Shown here piece after piece: positions 1-8,394 of a DNA stretch of 64,000 bases (position 1 is the stretch's first letter; each line of letters begins with the position of its first letter). The notes beneath the pieces were generated by a model. It was not told where the DNA came from and searched no databases. It saw only the letters and a program-made list of their open reading frames with translations. The stretch is taken from contig JBEBDF010000002.1 of the NCBI GenBank assembly GCA_041157105.1, positions 2,494 to 66,493 on the forward strand, given 5' to 3'. This DNA comes from Bacteroidota bacterium. GTDB taxonomy: Bacteria; Bacteroidota; Bacteroidia; Cytophagales; Spirosomataceae. The position numbers were made by a program, and so were the translations under genes.

Positions 1-415
1 TATTCGCTACTTCAAAGGAGGTCTGGGCTATTATTTAGCGGCTATTCCGAATTTATTAAAATTCAAATCCTACCACATTCAAGGAAATCGTAAGGTTTTT
101 CTCTGTATGGTATTCAATTCTTCCCGGGCGGGTGGAGGATTTCATTTCTTCCCTCATGCACAGATTCAAGATGGATTATTAGACGTGATGTATTGCCAGC
201 ATATTCCGGTTTGGCAGCGATTATTCTATATGCCCATTATTCAATCTGGGAAGCATGTAAACCTGCCCATAGTTGAATTTTCACAAGAGAAACAGATTTG
301 CATTCAAACCAGTCGTGTGCTCAGTGCACAGGTAGATGGGGAAGTTCAAACCGCAGACAAATTTGATTTCTGCGTTCTTCCTGCTAAATTTAAATTCATC
401 ATTCCTCAACTATGA
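1..415 (+). CDS. Diacylglycerol/lipid kinase family protein (YegS/DAGK-like), C-terminal part, truncated by window start
   Basis: Frame is open from position 2 (IRYFKGGLGYYLAAIP...). It contains NSSRAGGGF, DGLLDV and QVDGEV, typical of the DAGK accessory domain. Confidence 0.8.
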   Translation, partial: IRYFKGGLGYYLAAIPNLLKFKSYHIQGNRKVFLCMVFNSSRAGGGFHFFPHAQIQDGLLDVMYCQHIPVWQRLFYMPIIQSGKHVNLPIVEFSQEKQICIQTSRVLSAQVDGEVQTADKFDFCVLPAKFKFIIPQL

Positions 416-1830
416 AAAAAATACTTCTGTTTGCCCTAGTAAGTCTTCAAGTTTTCTCTCAAGACGCCGATAAAAAGAAAGTCTTTGCGCGAATGCAACA
501 ACAAGAATCTCATTACAGTGCGATTGCACAGAAAATCTGGAACTTCGCCGAAGTCGGTTATAAAGAAAAACAATCCTCCGCGCTCTTACAAGAAACTTTA
601 AAGCAAGCTGGATTCACGATTGAATCTGGAGTAGCCGGTATTCCTACCGCGTTTGTAGCGACTTATGGCCAAGGCAAACCGGTGATCGGGATTATGGCTG
701 AATATGACGCCTTACCTGGTTTATCACAAGATTCAATTCCAACTAAACGCTCCTTGGGAGGTGCCTCTGGGCACGCTTGCGGTCACCATTTATTTGGAAC
801 AGGTTCTTCTGCTGCAGCTATTGCCGTAAAAGAATGGTTGAAAGAAACAGGTGGTAAAGGAACGATTAAATTATACGGATGCCCTGCAGAAGAAGGTGGT
901 TCTGGGAAAGTATATATGGTGCGTGAGGGTTTATTTAATGACGCTGATATCATGTTACACTGGCATCCAAGCGATGCGAATTCGGTTTCTACGGGTTCTT
1001 CTTTGGCAAATAAAACAGGTAAATTCCGTTTCTATGGACTTTCTTCACACGCGGCTGCTTCTCCCGAAAGAGGGCGTTCTGCTCTAGATGCCGTGGAGGC
1101 CATGGACTTTATGGCGAATATGATGCGCGAACACGTGCCTTCTTCTACGCGTATTCACTATGTCATCACGAATGGGGGTAAGGCCCCTAATATTGTCCCA
1201 GATTACGCAGAGGTCTATTATTATGTGCGTTCTCCACAGCGTGATATCGTAACGGATGTGTGGAATCGCTTGGAAAAAGCAGCTGAAGGAGCGGCTTTAG
1301 GAACAGGTACACGTTATGAGCTAGAGGTCATCGGTGGGGTCTATGAGATTTTGCCAAACGATAAGTTAGCGTCTGTTATGAGTACTAACTTACAAACCGT
1401 AGGTGGATACACACTGAATCCTACAGAATTAGCTTTCGCGAAACAAATGCAGCAAACCACGGGTATGTTGCAAACCGATTTAGCATCGACCTCCTCCGTA
1501 GTTCCCGGTCGTCCGGATCCGAGCGGCGGTGGCTCCACGGATGTGGGTGATGTGAGTTGGGTAGTACCTACAATTGGTTTAGGCACGGCAACTTGGGTTC
1601 CAGGTACGTCAGCACACAGCTGGCAAGCAGTGGCTGCGGGTGGAATGAGCATAGGAAAGAAAGGTATGATGGTGGCTGCCAAAACCTTAGCTGGTACCGC
1701 CTTGGATTTATTTAAAAACCCAGCACTTATTGATGCTGCAAAAGCAGAATGGACGAAGCGAAAAGGAGCTGAATTTAAGTACAAGGCGCTTTTAGGCGAT
1801 CGCAAGCCAGCTTTGAATTATAGAGATTAA
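412..1830 (+). CDS. M20 family amidohydrolase (AbgB-like), signal peptide
   Basis: AEYDALPGL, HACGHH, PAEEGG, HWHP and GSTDVGDVSW motifs. Confidence 0.9.
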   Translation: MKKILLFALVSLQVFSQDADKKKVFARMQQQESHYSAIAQKIWNFAEVGYKEKQSSALLQETLKQAGFTIESGVAGIPTAFVATYGQGKPVIGIMAEYDALPGLSQDSIPTKRSLGGASGHACGHHLFGTGSSAAAIAVKEWLKETGGKGTIKLYGCPAEEGGSGKVYMVREGLFNDADIMLHWHPSDANSVSTGSSLANKTGKFRFYGLSSHAAASPERGRSALDAVEAMDFMANMMREHVPSSTRIHYVITNGGKAPNIVPDYAEVYYYVRSPQRDIVTDVWNRLEKAAEGAALGTGTRYELEVIGGVYEILPNDKLASVMSTNLQTVGGYTLNPTELAFAKQMQQTTGMLQTDLASTSSVVPGRPDPSGGGSTDVGDVSWVVPTIGLGTATWVPGTSAHSWQAVAAGGMSIGKKGMMVAAKTLAGTALDLFKNPALIDAAKAEWTKRKGAEFKYKALLGDRKPALNYRD

Positions 1831-1831
1831 A

Positions 1832-1860
1832 AAATAAAAAGGCTTCGGCCTTTTTTATTT
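1832..1860 (+). terminator. Intrinsic terminator
   Basis: AAAAAGGC-TTCG-GCCTTTTT hairpin with T-tract directly after the stop codon. Confidence 0.85.
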
Positions 1861-1869
1861 TATTTATTT

Positions 1870-1885
1870 ATCGTAATATTGCAAT
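1870..1885. promoter_or_regulatory. Putative ArsR operator palindrome
   Basis: Imperfect palindrome ATCGTAAT-ATTGCAAT 14 nt upstream of the arsR start. Confidence 0.6.
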
Positions 1886-1899
1886 GTAATAATTAACCC

Positions 1900-2235
1900 A
1901 TGGGAATCACTAAAACAGACCTCTTTACAGAGGAACAAAATGCCATCGCACAAATGGCCAAAGTACTCGGACATCCTGCGCGCATAGCTATTTTACAACA
2001 TTTGGTGAAATCCAACACCTGCATCAACGGAGATTTAGTCCAAGAATTAGGTTTGGCCCAAGCCACCGTTTCTCAGCATTTAAGAGAGTTGAAAGAGGTC
2101 GGCTTTATTCAAGGAACTATCGAAGGAGTTTCCGTATGTTATTGCATTAACCCAGAAAAGTGGGCGGAATTTAGCCAGCTTTTTGGGGAGTTTTTCGAAC
2201 ATTATTTTGTTGCACAAAAATCAAACTGTTGTTAA
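1900..2235 (+). CDS. arsR: ArsR/SmtB family arsenic-responsive repressor
   Basis: KVLGHPARIAIL, LAQATVSQHLRELK HTH, several Cys including a C-terminal CC; first gene of the ars cluster. Confidence 0.9.
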   Translation: MGITKTDLFTEEQNAIAQMAKVLGHPARIAILQHLVKSNTCINGDLVQELGLAQATVSQHLRELKEVGFIQGTIEGVSVCYCINPEKWAEFSQLFGEFFEHYFVAQKSNCC

Positions 2236-2236
2236 T

Positions 2237-2755
2237 ATGTCAACTTTTCCACGAATGCACGTCTCTCTCTATGTCAGCAATTTAGCGGCATCGGTGAATT
2301 TTTACTCGACTTTTTTCGGTCAGCCTGCCACAAAAGTGAAGCCAGGTTATGCGAAATACGTAATAGATAGTCCCTCTCTCATCATTTCATTCATTGAAAA
2401 TCCCGAGCGCGTTCAGGCAAACTTCGGCCACTTGGGTTTCCAAGTGGAGACGGCGGAAGAGATGTATGCGCGTTTAGACGTGGCTAGAAAACAAGGGATT
2501 GTTTCCAAAGAAGAAATAGGGACATCCTGCTGCTTTGCCGTTCAAGATAAATTTTGGGCAACGGATCCTGATGGTGTTCAATGGGAAGTGTATTATTTCC
2601 ACGAAGATGCGGAATTCAATGACCCACACTATGAAATGCAAGATGCCTCAGCTTGTTGCATGCCACCTGCAGCGGCTGTTATAGAAAAACCAAAACTTAA
2701 AATCGCCGAAGTTCAAGCCGCTAACGCTTGTGCTCCAGGCTCTGGATGTTGTTAA
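2237..2755 (+). CDS. arsI: ArsI/CadI family VOC metalloenzyme (putative organoarsenical C-As lyase)
   Basis: RMHVSL, GHLGFQV, TSCCFAVQDKFWATDPDGVQWEVY. ATG 2237 is preferred over the upstream TTG. Confidence 0.8.
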   Translation: MSTFPRMHVSLYVSNLAASVNFYSTFFGQPATKVKPGYAKYVIDSPSLIISFIENPERVQANFGHLGFQVETAEEMYARLDVARKQGIVSKEEIGTSCCFAVQDKFWATDPDGVQWEVYYFHEDAEFNDPHYEMQDASACCMPPAAAVIEKPKLKIAEVQAANACAPGSGCC

Positions 2756-2756
2756 G

Positions 2757-3362
2757 ATGAAGGATTTATTAAACCAAAATTTGGAACAAATTCTCTCCCT
2801 CGAAATTCCGGAGGAACGTAGAGAAATATTGCAAGTCTTGATTGATTACATCAAAGACAAACGCAAGAAAGAGCAACCCATTCGTCTGAATTTCATCTGC
2901 ACACACAATTCGCGCCGCTCTCAATTCTCGCAAGTCTGGGCACAAACCGCTGCAGATTATTTCCAAATCCCAGCTCAATGTTATTCTGGTGGGGTAGAAG
3001 TAACGGCTTGTAACGAACGTACAATTGCCTCTTTAGAAAGAATGGGTTTCATCATCTCCAAACACGGACATTCGAACCCCATTTATTTTGCCTTACATAC
3101 CCAAGATGCACGCCCTATCATCCTATTCTCGAAATTATACGATGACGTCATCAACCCGCATGGCATTTTTGCCTCGGTTATGACTTGTTCACACGCGGAT
3201 GAAAATTGTCCTTTTATTCCAGGCGCAGAAGCTAGAATTCCTGTACGATACGAGGACCCAAAAGCATTCGATGATACGGCTGAGGAGGCCGAGCAATATG
3301 ATGCAAGGTCTAGACAGATTGCGGGGGAGATGTTTTATGTGTTTTCGAGAGTCAGTATCTAG
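2757..3362 (+). CDS. arsC: LMW-PTP family arsenate reductase-like protein
   Basis: FICTHNSRRSQ P-loop, MTCSHADENCP, YEDPK; ars operon context. Confidence 0.8.
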   Translation: MKDLLNQNLEQILSLEIPEERREILQVLIDYIKDKRKKEQPIRLNFICTHNSRRSQFSQVWAQTAADYFQIPAQCYSGGVEVTACNERTIASLERMGFIISKHGHSNPIYFALHTQDARPIILFSKLYDDVINPHGIFASVMTCSHADENCPFIPGAEARIPVRYEDPKAFDDTAEEAEQYDARSRQIAGEMFYVFSRVSI

Positions 3363-3369
3363 ATTTCTA

Positions 3370-3446
3370 TTGCGAGCTAATTTGGAGGTATTTCCGAAAA
3401 TGTCCTGCGAAATATTTTCTTGAAATACCTCCAAATTAGCTCGCAA
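3370..3446. repeat. Long palindrome 1 (perfect 25-bp arms)
   Basis: TTGCGAGCTAATTTGGAGGTATTTC (3370-3394) is the exact reverse complement of 3422-3446. Confidence 0.95.
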
Positions 3447-3500
3447 ACAGTAAATCTTTCTACATCGCTCTTGATCTTTTGATAAGAATTAGATCATCGT

Positions 3501-3567
3501 TAGATTTTAGATATCTGTTACGAAAAATATGACGTAGGCCATTTTTGTAACAGATATCTAAAATCTA
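3501..3567. repeat. Long palindrome 2 (perfect 21-bp arms)
   Basis: TAGATTTTAGATATCTGTTAC (3501-3521) is the exact reverse complement of 3547-3567, which includes the stop codon of the minus-strand gene. Confidence 0.95.
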
Positions 3568-3987
3568 CGATGTATGATCCCTCACTACCAACCACTTCCC
3601 CTTCACCTTCTTCATCAGCAACGTAAAATAGCCACCCGCATCACCCACCTTTGGTCTCGTTAATTGCCATTTTCCTAATACCCAGGCCGTTTTTCCATCG
3701 GTAACATCGATTTCTTGAATGTCAAAATCCAGCGTGCCCATCGTGTCTCGATTAGGATAGGATTTTAAATAACGTTCCAAAGTGGCTTCCCAGCCTGAGA
3801 CTACTCCTCCTTTTCCGATGAATTTCAGGTTAGGGGATTTTTCGTAGTATTCCATAAAACCTTTCACATCGCCAGCATTCCAAAGTGTAATCTGAGTATT
3901 CAGGACAGATTTGATGTCGGATTCGTCTTTATTTGTTTGTGCAAATAGGAGAGCCGGGAGGAAGAGAAGGAAGTAGAGTGTTTTCAT
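3565..3987 (-). CDS. DUF4440/SnoaL-like NTF2-fold secreted protein (YybH family)
   Basis: Signal peptide, WNAGDVKGFM, GWEATLERY, GYFTLL, WLVVRDHTS. Confidence 0.85.
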   Translation of the reverse strand: MKTLYFLLFLPALLFAQTNKDESDIKSVLNTQITLWNAGDVKGFMEYYEKSPNLKFIGKGGVVSGWEATLERYLKSYPNRDTMGTLDFDIQEIDVTDGKTAWVLGKWQLTRPKVGDAGGYFTLLMKKVKGKWLVVRDHTS

Positions 3988-3990
3988 AAT

Positions 3991-4115
3991 AGAGTAGAGA
4001 TTATAGAGTAAAGAGTAAAGATAAAAAGTCCGGAGGAAATGAGTCCGAAGTCTGAAAATAAATTTCTACTCTCTACTCTACAATCTCTACTCTCTTATCT
4101 CTACTCTAATATCTC
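3991..4115. repeat. Inverted array of AGAGTAG-type heptamers enclosing AGTCCGRAG repeats
   Basis: 3991-4017 is the reverse complement of 4067-4093 (25/27). Further CTCTACT units run to about 4110, and AGTCCGGAG/AGTCCGAAG lie in the loop. Confidence 0.9.
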
Positions 4116-4203
4116 GCTTTAGCGGGATTTCGTCTCAATTTTTACTGCATTTTTTTGAATAACCGATTATTGTATCATTTTTGTAGAATAATAAATTAAA
4201 CCT

Positions 4204-7038
4204 ATGATTAAGAAAATTACACTAGCCATTTTGATGGCATTTCCTGTGCTTCAATCGCTTGCGCAGGCCCCAGATGAAAATCGTTTTGTGAAGTCAGTCT
4301 TAGTAGACAAATTAGATGAACCGATGGAGTTTACCTTTTTGCCGGATGGACGTATTCTTTTCGTAGAAAGAAAAGGGGATGTGAAGTCCTATGATACGAA
4401 GACCAAAGAAACGAAGACGATCGCTCACTTAAATGTGAATACGAAATACAAGAATCGTTTGGGTCAAGAGCGTGTGGCAGAGGAAGGTTTGATGGGTATT
4501 GTTTTGGACCCTAACTTCAGTAAGAATCACTGGTTATATCTTTATTATGCGCATCCGACAGAGACTAAGCACATTTTAGCACGTATGGAATTGCGTGGAG
4601 ATGAGTTGTTAGTGGAGCAACAAAAAGTCCTTTTGGAGGTTCCTACGCAGCGTGAAGAGTGCTGCCATACGGGAGGTGGAATGGTTTTTGACAAATCAGG
4701 AAACCTATTCTTAACCGTAGGAAATAATACAAGTAACTCTAATTCAGATGGTTATGCGCCTATCGATGAGCGTCCGGGTCAAGCGTATTGGGATGATCAG
4801 CGTGGTGCGTCGAATACAAATGATTTACGAGGTAAAATTTTACGTATTCACCCGGAAGCGGATGGGACGTACACGATTCCTAAAGGAAATTTATTTGCTC
4901 CAGGCACGCCTAAAACGAAGCCGGAAATATACACTATGGGTCACCGCAATCCTTGGAGACCGAGTATTGACTCGAAAACAGGCTATTTATATTGGGGTGA
5001 GGTAGGTCCAGATGCTTCTGTAGATTCTGAGAAAGGCCCACGTGGGTATGATGAATTTAATCAGGCCAAAGGTCCAGGTTATTATGGCTGGCCTTATTTT
5101 ATCGGAAATAACCAAGCTTATGCGGATGTAAACTTTGAGACGATGGCAATTGGTCCTAAGTTCAATCCAGCGGCTCCTATTAACGAATCACCTAACAATA
5201 CAGGTTTACGTGAGTTGCCGCCGGCTACGAAGGCGATGATTTGGTATCCCTATGGAACTTCTGAGGAATTTCCTTTAGTGGGTTCTTCAGGTCGTTCTGC
5301 GACGGGTGGTCCGGTATTCCATCGTTCAGATTTTCCAAATGCAAAACGTGCTTTTCCATCGTATTATGAAGGAAAATGGTTAATTGTTGAGTTTATGCGT
5401 GGCTGGATTATGGCCGTGACAATGGATGAAAAGGGAGATTACAAGTCGATGGAGCGCTTTATGCCTTCGACGACTTTTGGTTCAGCCATCGATATGGACT
5501 TCAGTCCAGAGGGAGATTTATATGTATTAGAATATGGTTCGGCTTGGTTCCGTGGCAATGAAAATGCCCGTTTAGTGAAAATCGAATACCAAGGTGGAAA
5601 TCGCAAGCCTTATGTGGAGGCTTCTGCGGCTAAAAAGGCAGGTGCAGCTCCGTTTACTACTACTTTATCTGCAGAAGGAACAAAAGATTTCGATGGAGAT
5701 AATTTGACTTATACTTGGACGGTGAAGAAGGCAGGTAAATTCGTGAAGAATTTATCAGGTGCTTCTGCCACTTTGAGCTTGAAAGACGCTGGTAAATACC
5801 AAGTTACCTTGAAAGCTGCGGACCCGAAAGGATTGTCGAACACGGCTTCTTTGGAAATATTAGTAGGAAATGAGGCTCCAGTAGTCGATATCGCAGTAGA
5901 AGGAAATAAGTCATTCTATTTCGAGGGACAGCCTCTTAAATATGCAGTGAAAGTCGAAGACAAAGAAGATGGTTCTTTAGGAAAAGGAATTGCACCCGAG
6001 GCAGTTGCTGCAACGGTAGATTATGTAGCGTCTGGTTACGATCCAATCGAGATGGCACAATCGCACCGCAAGGCTGATAGCGATTTATTTGCTTCGGCTG
6101 GTCTTCGTTTAATTAATGCGAGTGATTGTAAATCATGTCACCAAATGTCTGTACGTTCCGTAGGACCTTCCTATAAAGAAGTGGCAGAGAAGTACAAAGG
6201 GCAAGATATGGTAGAGAAATTATCGGAAAAGGTAATTGTGGGTGGTATGGGAGTTTGGGGAGAGCATGCGATGTCTGCACACCCAAATATCTCGAAAGCA
6301 GATGCGAAATCCATGGTCAATTATATCTTGAGTTTAGGAGATGCCAAAGCAAGCAATGCAATTGGGGTGGCAGGAACATTAGGTTTGAAAAAGCCAGCGG
6401 ATCAAGCTTCTTCTAAAGGGGTATTCGTCGTTCGTGCAACCTACTTAGATAAAGGAAACAAGAAAATGGCACCGGTTCAATCTGAGAAATGGTTGTTCTT
6501 ACGCGATCCAGCCTTGAATGTGGAGAAAGCGGATGTCACAAAAGGTATTCTGCAGTTAATAACGCCAGGTCGTTCGACGAATATGGTGGGACAAAACCCG
6601 TATTTGGGCTACAAAGACTTAGATTTAACGGGTATTTCGACAATTGAAATTGCTGCTTCAGCACAAGCACGAGCGAACGCTGCGGGGGGTGTGATTGAAA
6701 TCCGTTTGGATTCTCCTACCGGTACGGTCATTGGTCAAACAACTCCGATCCAAGTTTCACAAGGGGGATTTGGTGGACCTCCTCTAGCTGCGGCAACGCC
6801 AGGAAAAGGTGCGCCACTAGGAACAGGAGTTGCCGCTCCAGCAGCAGCTTCACCAGCAGCTCCGGCAGCAGCCCCAGCGGCTCCTGCAGGTCAAAGAAGA
6901 ATGGCTGGTCCAGCTGCCCAAAAAGTAGCGATACAATCCACTTCAGGTTCACATGACCTGTATTTTGTGGCAGTTAATCCGAAGGCAACCGAGCAACAAA
7001 TTGTCGTGCAGATTTCGGGTATTGAAATGAAAAAATAA
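4204..7038 (+). CDS. Secreted glucose/sorbosone dehydrogenase-like beta-propeller with PKD, cytochrome c and CBM6-like domains
   Basis: Signal peptide, CCHTGG, LRGKILRI, MGHRNPWR, PKD (DFDGDNLTYTW), heme motif CKSCH with distal Met (HAMSAH), C-terminal IEIRLDSPTG...HDLYFV. Confidence 0.85.
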   Translation: MIKKITLAILMAFPVLQSLAQAPDENRFVKSVLVDKLDEPMEFTFLPDGRILFVERKGDVKSYDTKTKETKTIAHLNVNTKYKNRLGQERVAEEGLMGIVLDPNFSKNHWLYLYYAHPTETKHILARMELRGDELLVEQQKVLLEVPTQREECCHTGGGMVFDKSGNLFLTVGNNTSNSNSDGYAPIDERPGQAYWDDQRGASNTNDLRGKILRIHPEADGTYTIPKGNLFAPGTPKTKPEIYTMGHRNPWRPSIDSKTGYLYWGEVGPDASVDSEKGPRGYDEFNQAKGPGYYGWPYFIGNNQAYADVNFETMAIGPKFNPAAPINESPNNTGLRELPPATKAMIWYPYGTSEEFPLVGSSGRSATGGPVFHRSDFPNAKRAFPSYYEGKWLIVEFMRGWIMAVTMDEKGDYKSMERFMPSTTFGSAIDMDFSPEGDLYVLEYGSAWFRGNENARLVKIEYQGGNRKPYVEASAAKKAGAAPFTTTLSAEGTKDFDGDNLTYTWTVKKAGKFVKNLSGASATLSLKDAGKYQVTLKAADPKGLSNTASLEILVGNEAPVVDIAVEGNKSFYFEGQPLKYAVKVEDKEDGSLGKGIAPEAVAATVDYVASGYDPIEMAQSHRKADSDLFASAGLRLINASDCKSCHQMSVRSVGPSYKEVAEKYKGQDMVEKLSEKVIVGGMGVWGEHAMSAHPNISKADAKSMVNYILSLGDAKASNAIGVAGTLGLKKPADQASSKGVFVVRATYLDKGNKKMAPVQSEKWLFLRDPALNVEKADVTKGILQLITPGRSTNMVGQNPYLGYKDLDLTGISTIEIAASAQARANAAGGVIEIRLDSPTGTVIGQTTPIQVSQGGFGGPPLAAATPGKGAPLGTGVAAPAAASPAAPAAAPAAPAGQRRMAGPAAQKVAIQSTSGSHDLYFVAVNPKATEQQIVVQISGIEMKK

Positions 7039-7057
7039 TCTCTCGATTATAGTAAGT

Positions 7058-7097
7058 AAAAGGTTCTCTCTGCTTTAAATAGAGAGAACCTTTTTTT
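7058..7097 (+). terminator. Intrinsic terminator
   Basis: AAAAGGTTCTCTCT / AGAGAGAACCTTTT stem followed by a T-tract. Confidence 0.85.
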
Positions 7098-8393
7098 ATG
7101 CGCTATACCGTATTATTGTTGTTGATTTCAGGCACTTTATTTGCCCAAAAAAACATCACCACCGCCTCCGATGCCACGGCGCCCTTACACGCGCTACAGC
7201 CAGATTATCCCACGCCTTATGGTGCTCCAGTGGTCGCCGATATACAGAAAACGATCGATCGAGTTTTCACCTATTTAGATACTGCCACCCCTAATCGCTT
7301 CGTTGATAAAACTAGTGGGGCAGAGGTAAAAACCTACAATGCAAATGCCATTTTCAGCAAAGGGGATTTTCGTCCGATCTCTTATGAGTGGGGTGTGACT
7401 TATTCGGGCATGCTAGCCTTAACCGAGGTAACTGGTGATGTGAAATACAAAAACTATGTATTTAATCGCTTAAATCTGATTAATTCCGGTGTTCCAGAGG
7501 CCATCAAAATTCCAGCAGATCAATCCCATGTTTTACGAGGTTTAGTGCATCCTCGGGCATTAGATGATATCGGAGCGATGGGAATGGCTGTTATTAAAGC
7601 TAAGAAAGCAGGATTTGCCACTGACATGTCTTATATAACGCAGCGCGCGTCTGACTTTATTTTGAAAGAGGAGCATCGTTTGCCGGATCGCACTCTAGTG
7701 CGCATTCGTCCTTTGAAAAATACGATGTGGCTAGACGATGTCTACATGTCGATACCGGCCTTGTTACAATTAGGGGAGTATGAGGAGGCTGTTTTTCAGT
7801 TTAAATCGTATCAAAAGCGGATGTTCAACCCGATTCAGAACATCTATATGCATGGTTATTTAGTGGATGCGACGGAGCACCCTGAATTCCATTGGGGCCG
7901 CGCAAATGGTTGGGCCTTGTTAACAAATTGCGAATTATTGGAATACCTACCAGCGAACCATCCGGCACGACCGGAGATTTTAGCTCAATTGAAAAATCAC
8001 TTGAAAGGGCTGATGGCCTTGCAGGATGGAACTGGTTTTTGGCATCAATTATTAGATAAAAACGATTCCTATTTGGAGACTTCATGTACAGCCATTTATA
8101 CCTATGTGATGGCCAAAGGAATCAATAAAGGCTGGTTAGACCCGAAAACATACGGGCCTGCAGCGATTTTAGGCTGGAATGCGGTGAATACGAAAGTGAA
8201 CGAAAAAGGCCAGGTGGAAGGTACCTGCGTGGGGACCGGTTTAGCCTGGGATCCCGCTTTCTATTACCACCGACCAATATCTCCTTATGCAGCGCACGGT
8301 TATGGCCCTGTATTGTTAGCTGGAGCCGCGATGATGGATTTACTGAAACACAACAACTACCAAATCAACGATTCCGCCGTACATTTGAAATAA
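7098..8393 (+). CDS. Glycoside hydrolase family 105 (unsaturated rhamnogalacturonyl/glucuronyl hydrolase)
   Basis: MWLDDVYM, HWGRANGW, GFWHQLLD, YLETSCTA; signal peptide. Confidence 0.9.
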   Translation: MRYTVLLLLISGTLFAQKNITTASDATAPLHALQPDYPTPYGAPVVADIQKTIDRVFTYLDTATPNRFVDKTSGAEVKTYNANAIFSKGDFRPISYEWGVTYSGMLALTEVTGDVKYKNYVFNRLNLINSGVPEAIKIPADQSHVLRGLVHPRALDDIGAMGMAVIKAKKAGFATDMSYITQRASDFILKEEHRLPDRTLVRIRPLKNTMWLDDVYMSIPALLQLGEYEEAVFQFKSYQKRMFNPIQNIYMHGYLVDATEHPEFHWGRANGWALLTNCELLEYLPANHPARPEILAQLKNHLKGLMALQDGTGFWHQLLDKNDSYLETSCTAIYTYVMAKGINKGWLDPKTYGPAAILGWNAVNTKVNEKGQVEGTCVGTGLAWDPAFYYHRPISPYAAHGYGPVLLAGAAMMDLLKHNNYQINDSAVHLK

Positions 8394-8394
8394 T

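Noticed and set aside
3189-3446. Opposing ORFs 3189..3446(-) and 3199..3423(+), both containing RANLEVF
   Set aside because: The shared peptide is an artefact of the 25-bp palindrome, and both ORFs overlap arsC.
3499-3567. Integron attC site (GTTAGAT matches GTTRRRY next to a long hairpin)
   Set aside because: The core motif is at the wrong end of the hairpin, there is no matching RYYYAAC, and no integrase or cassette array is present.
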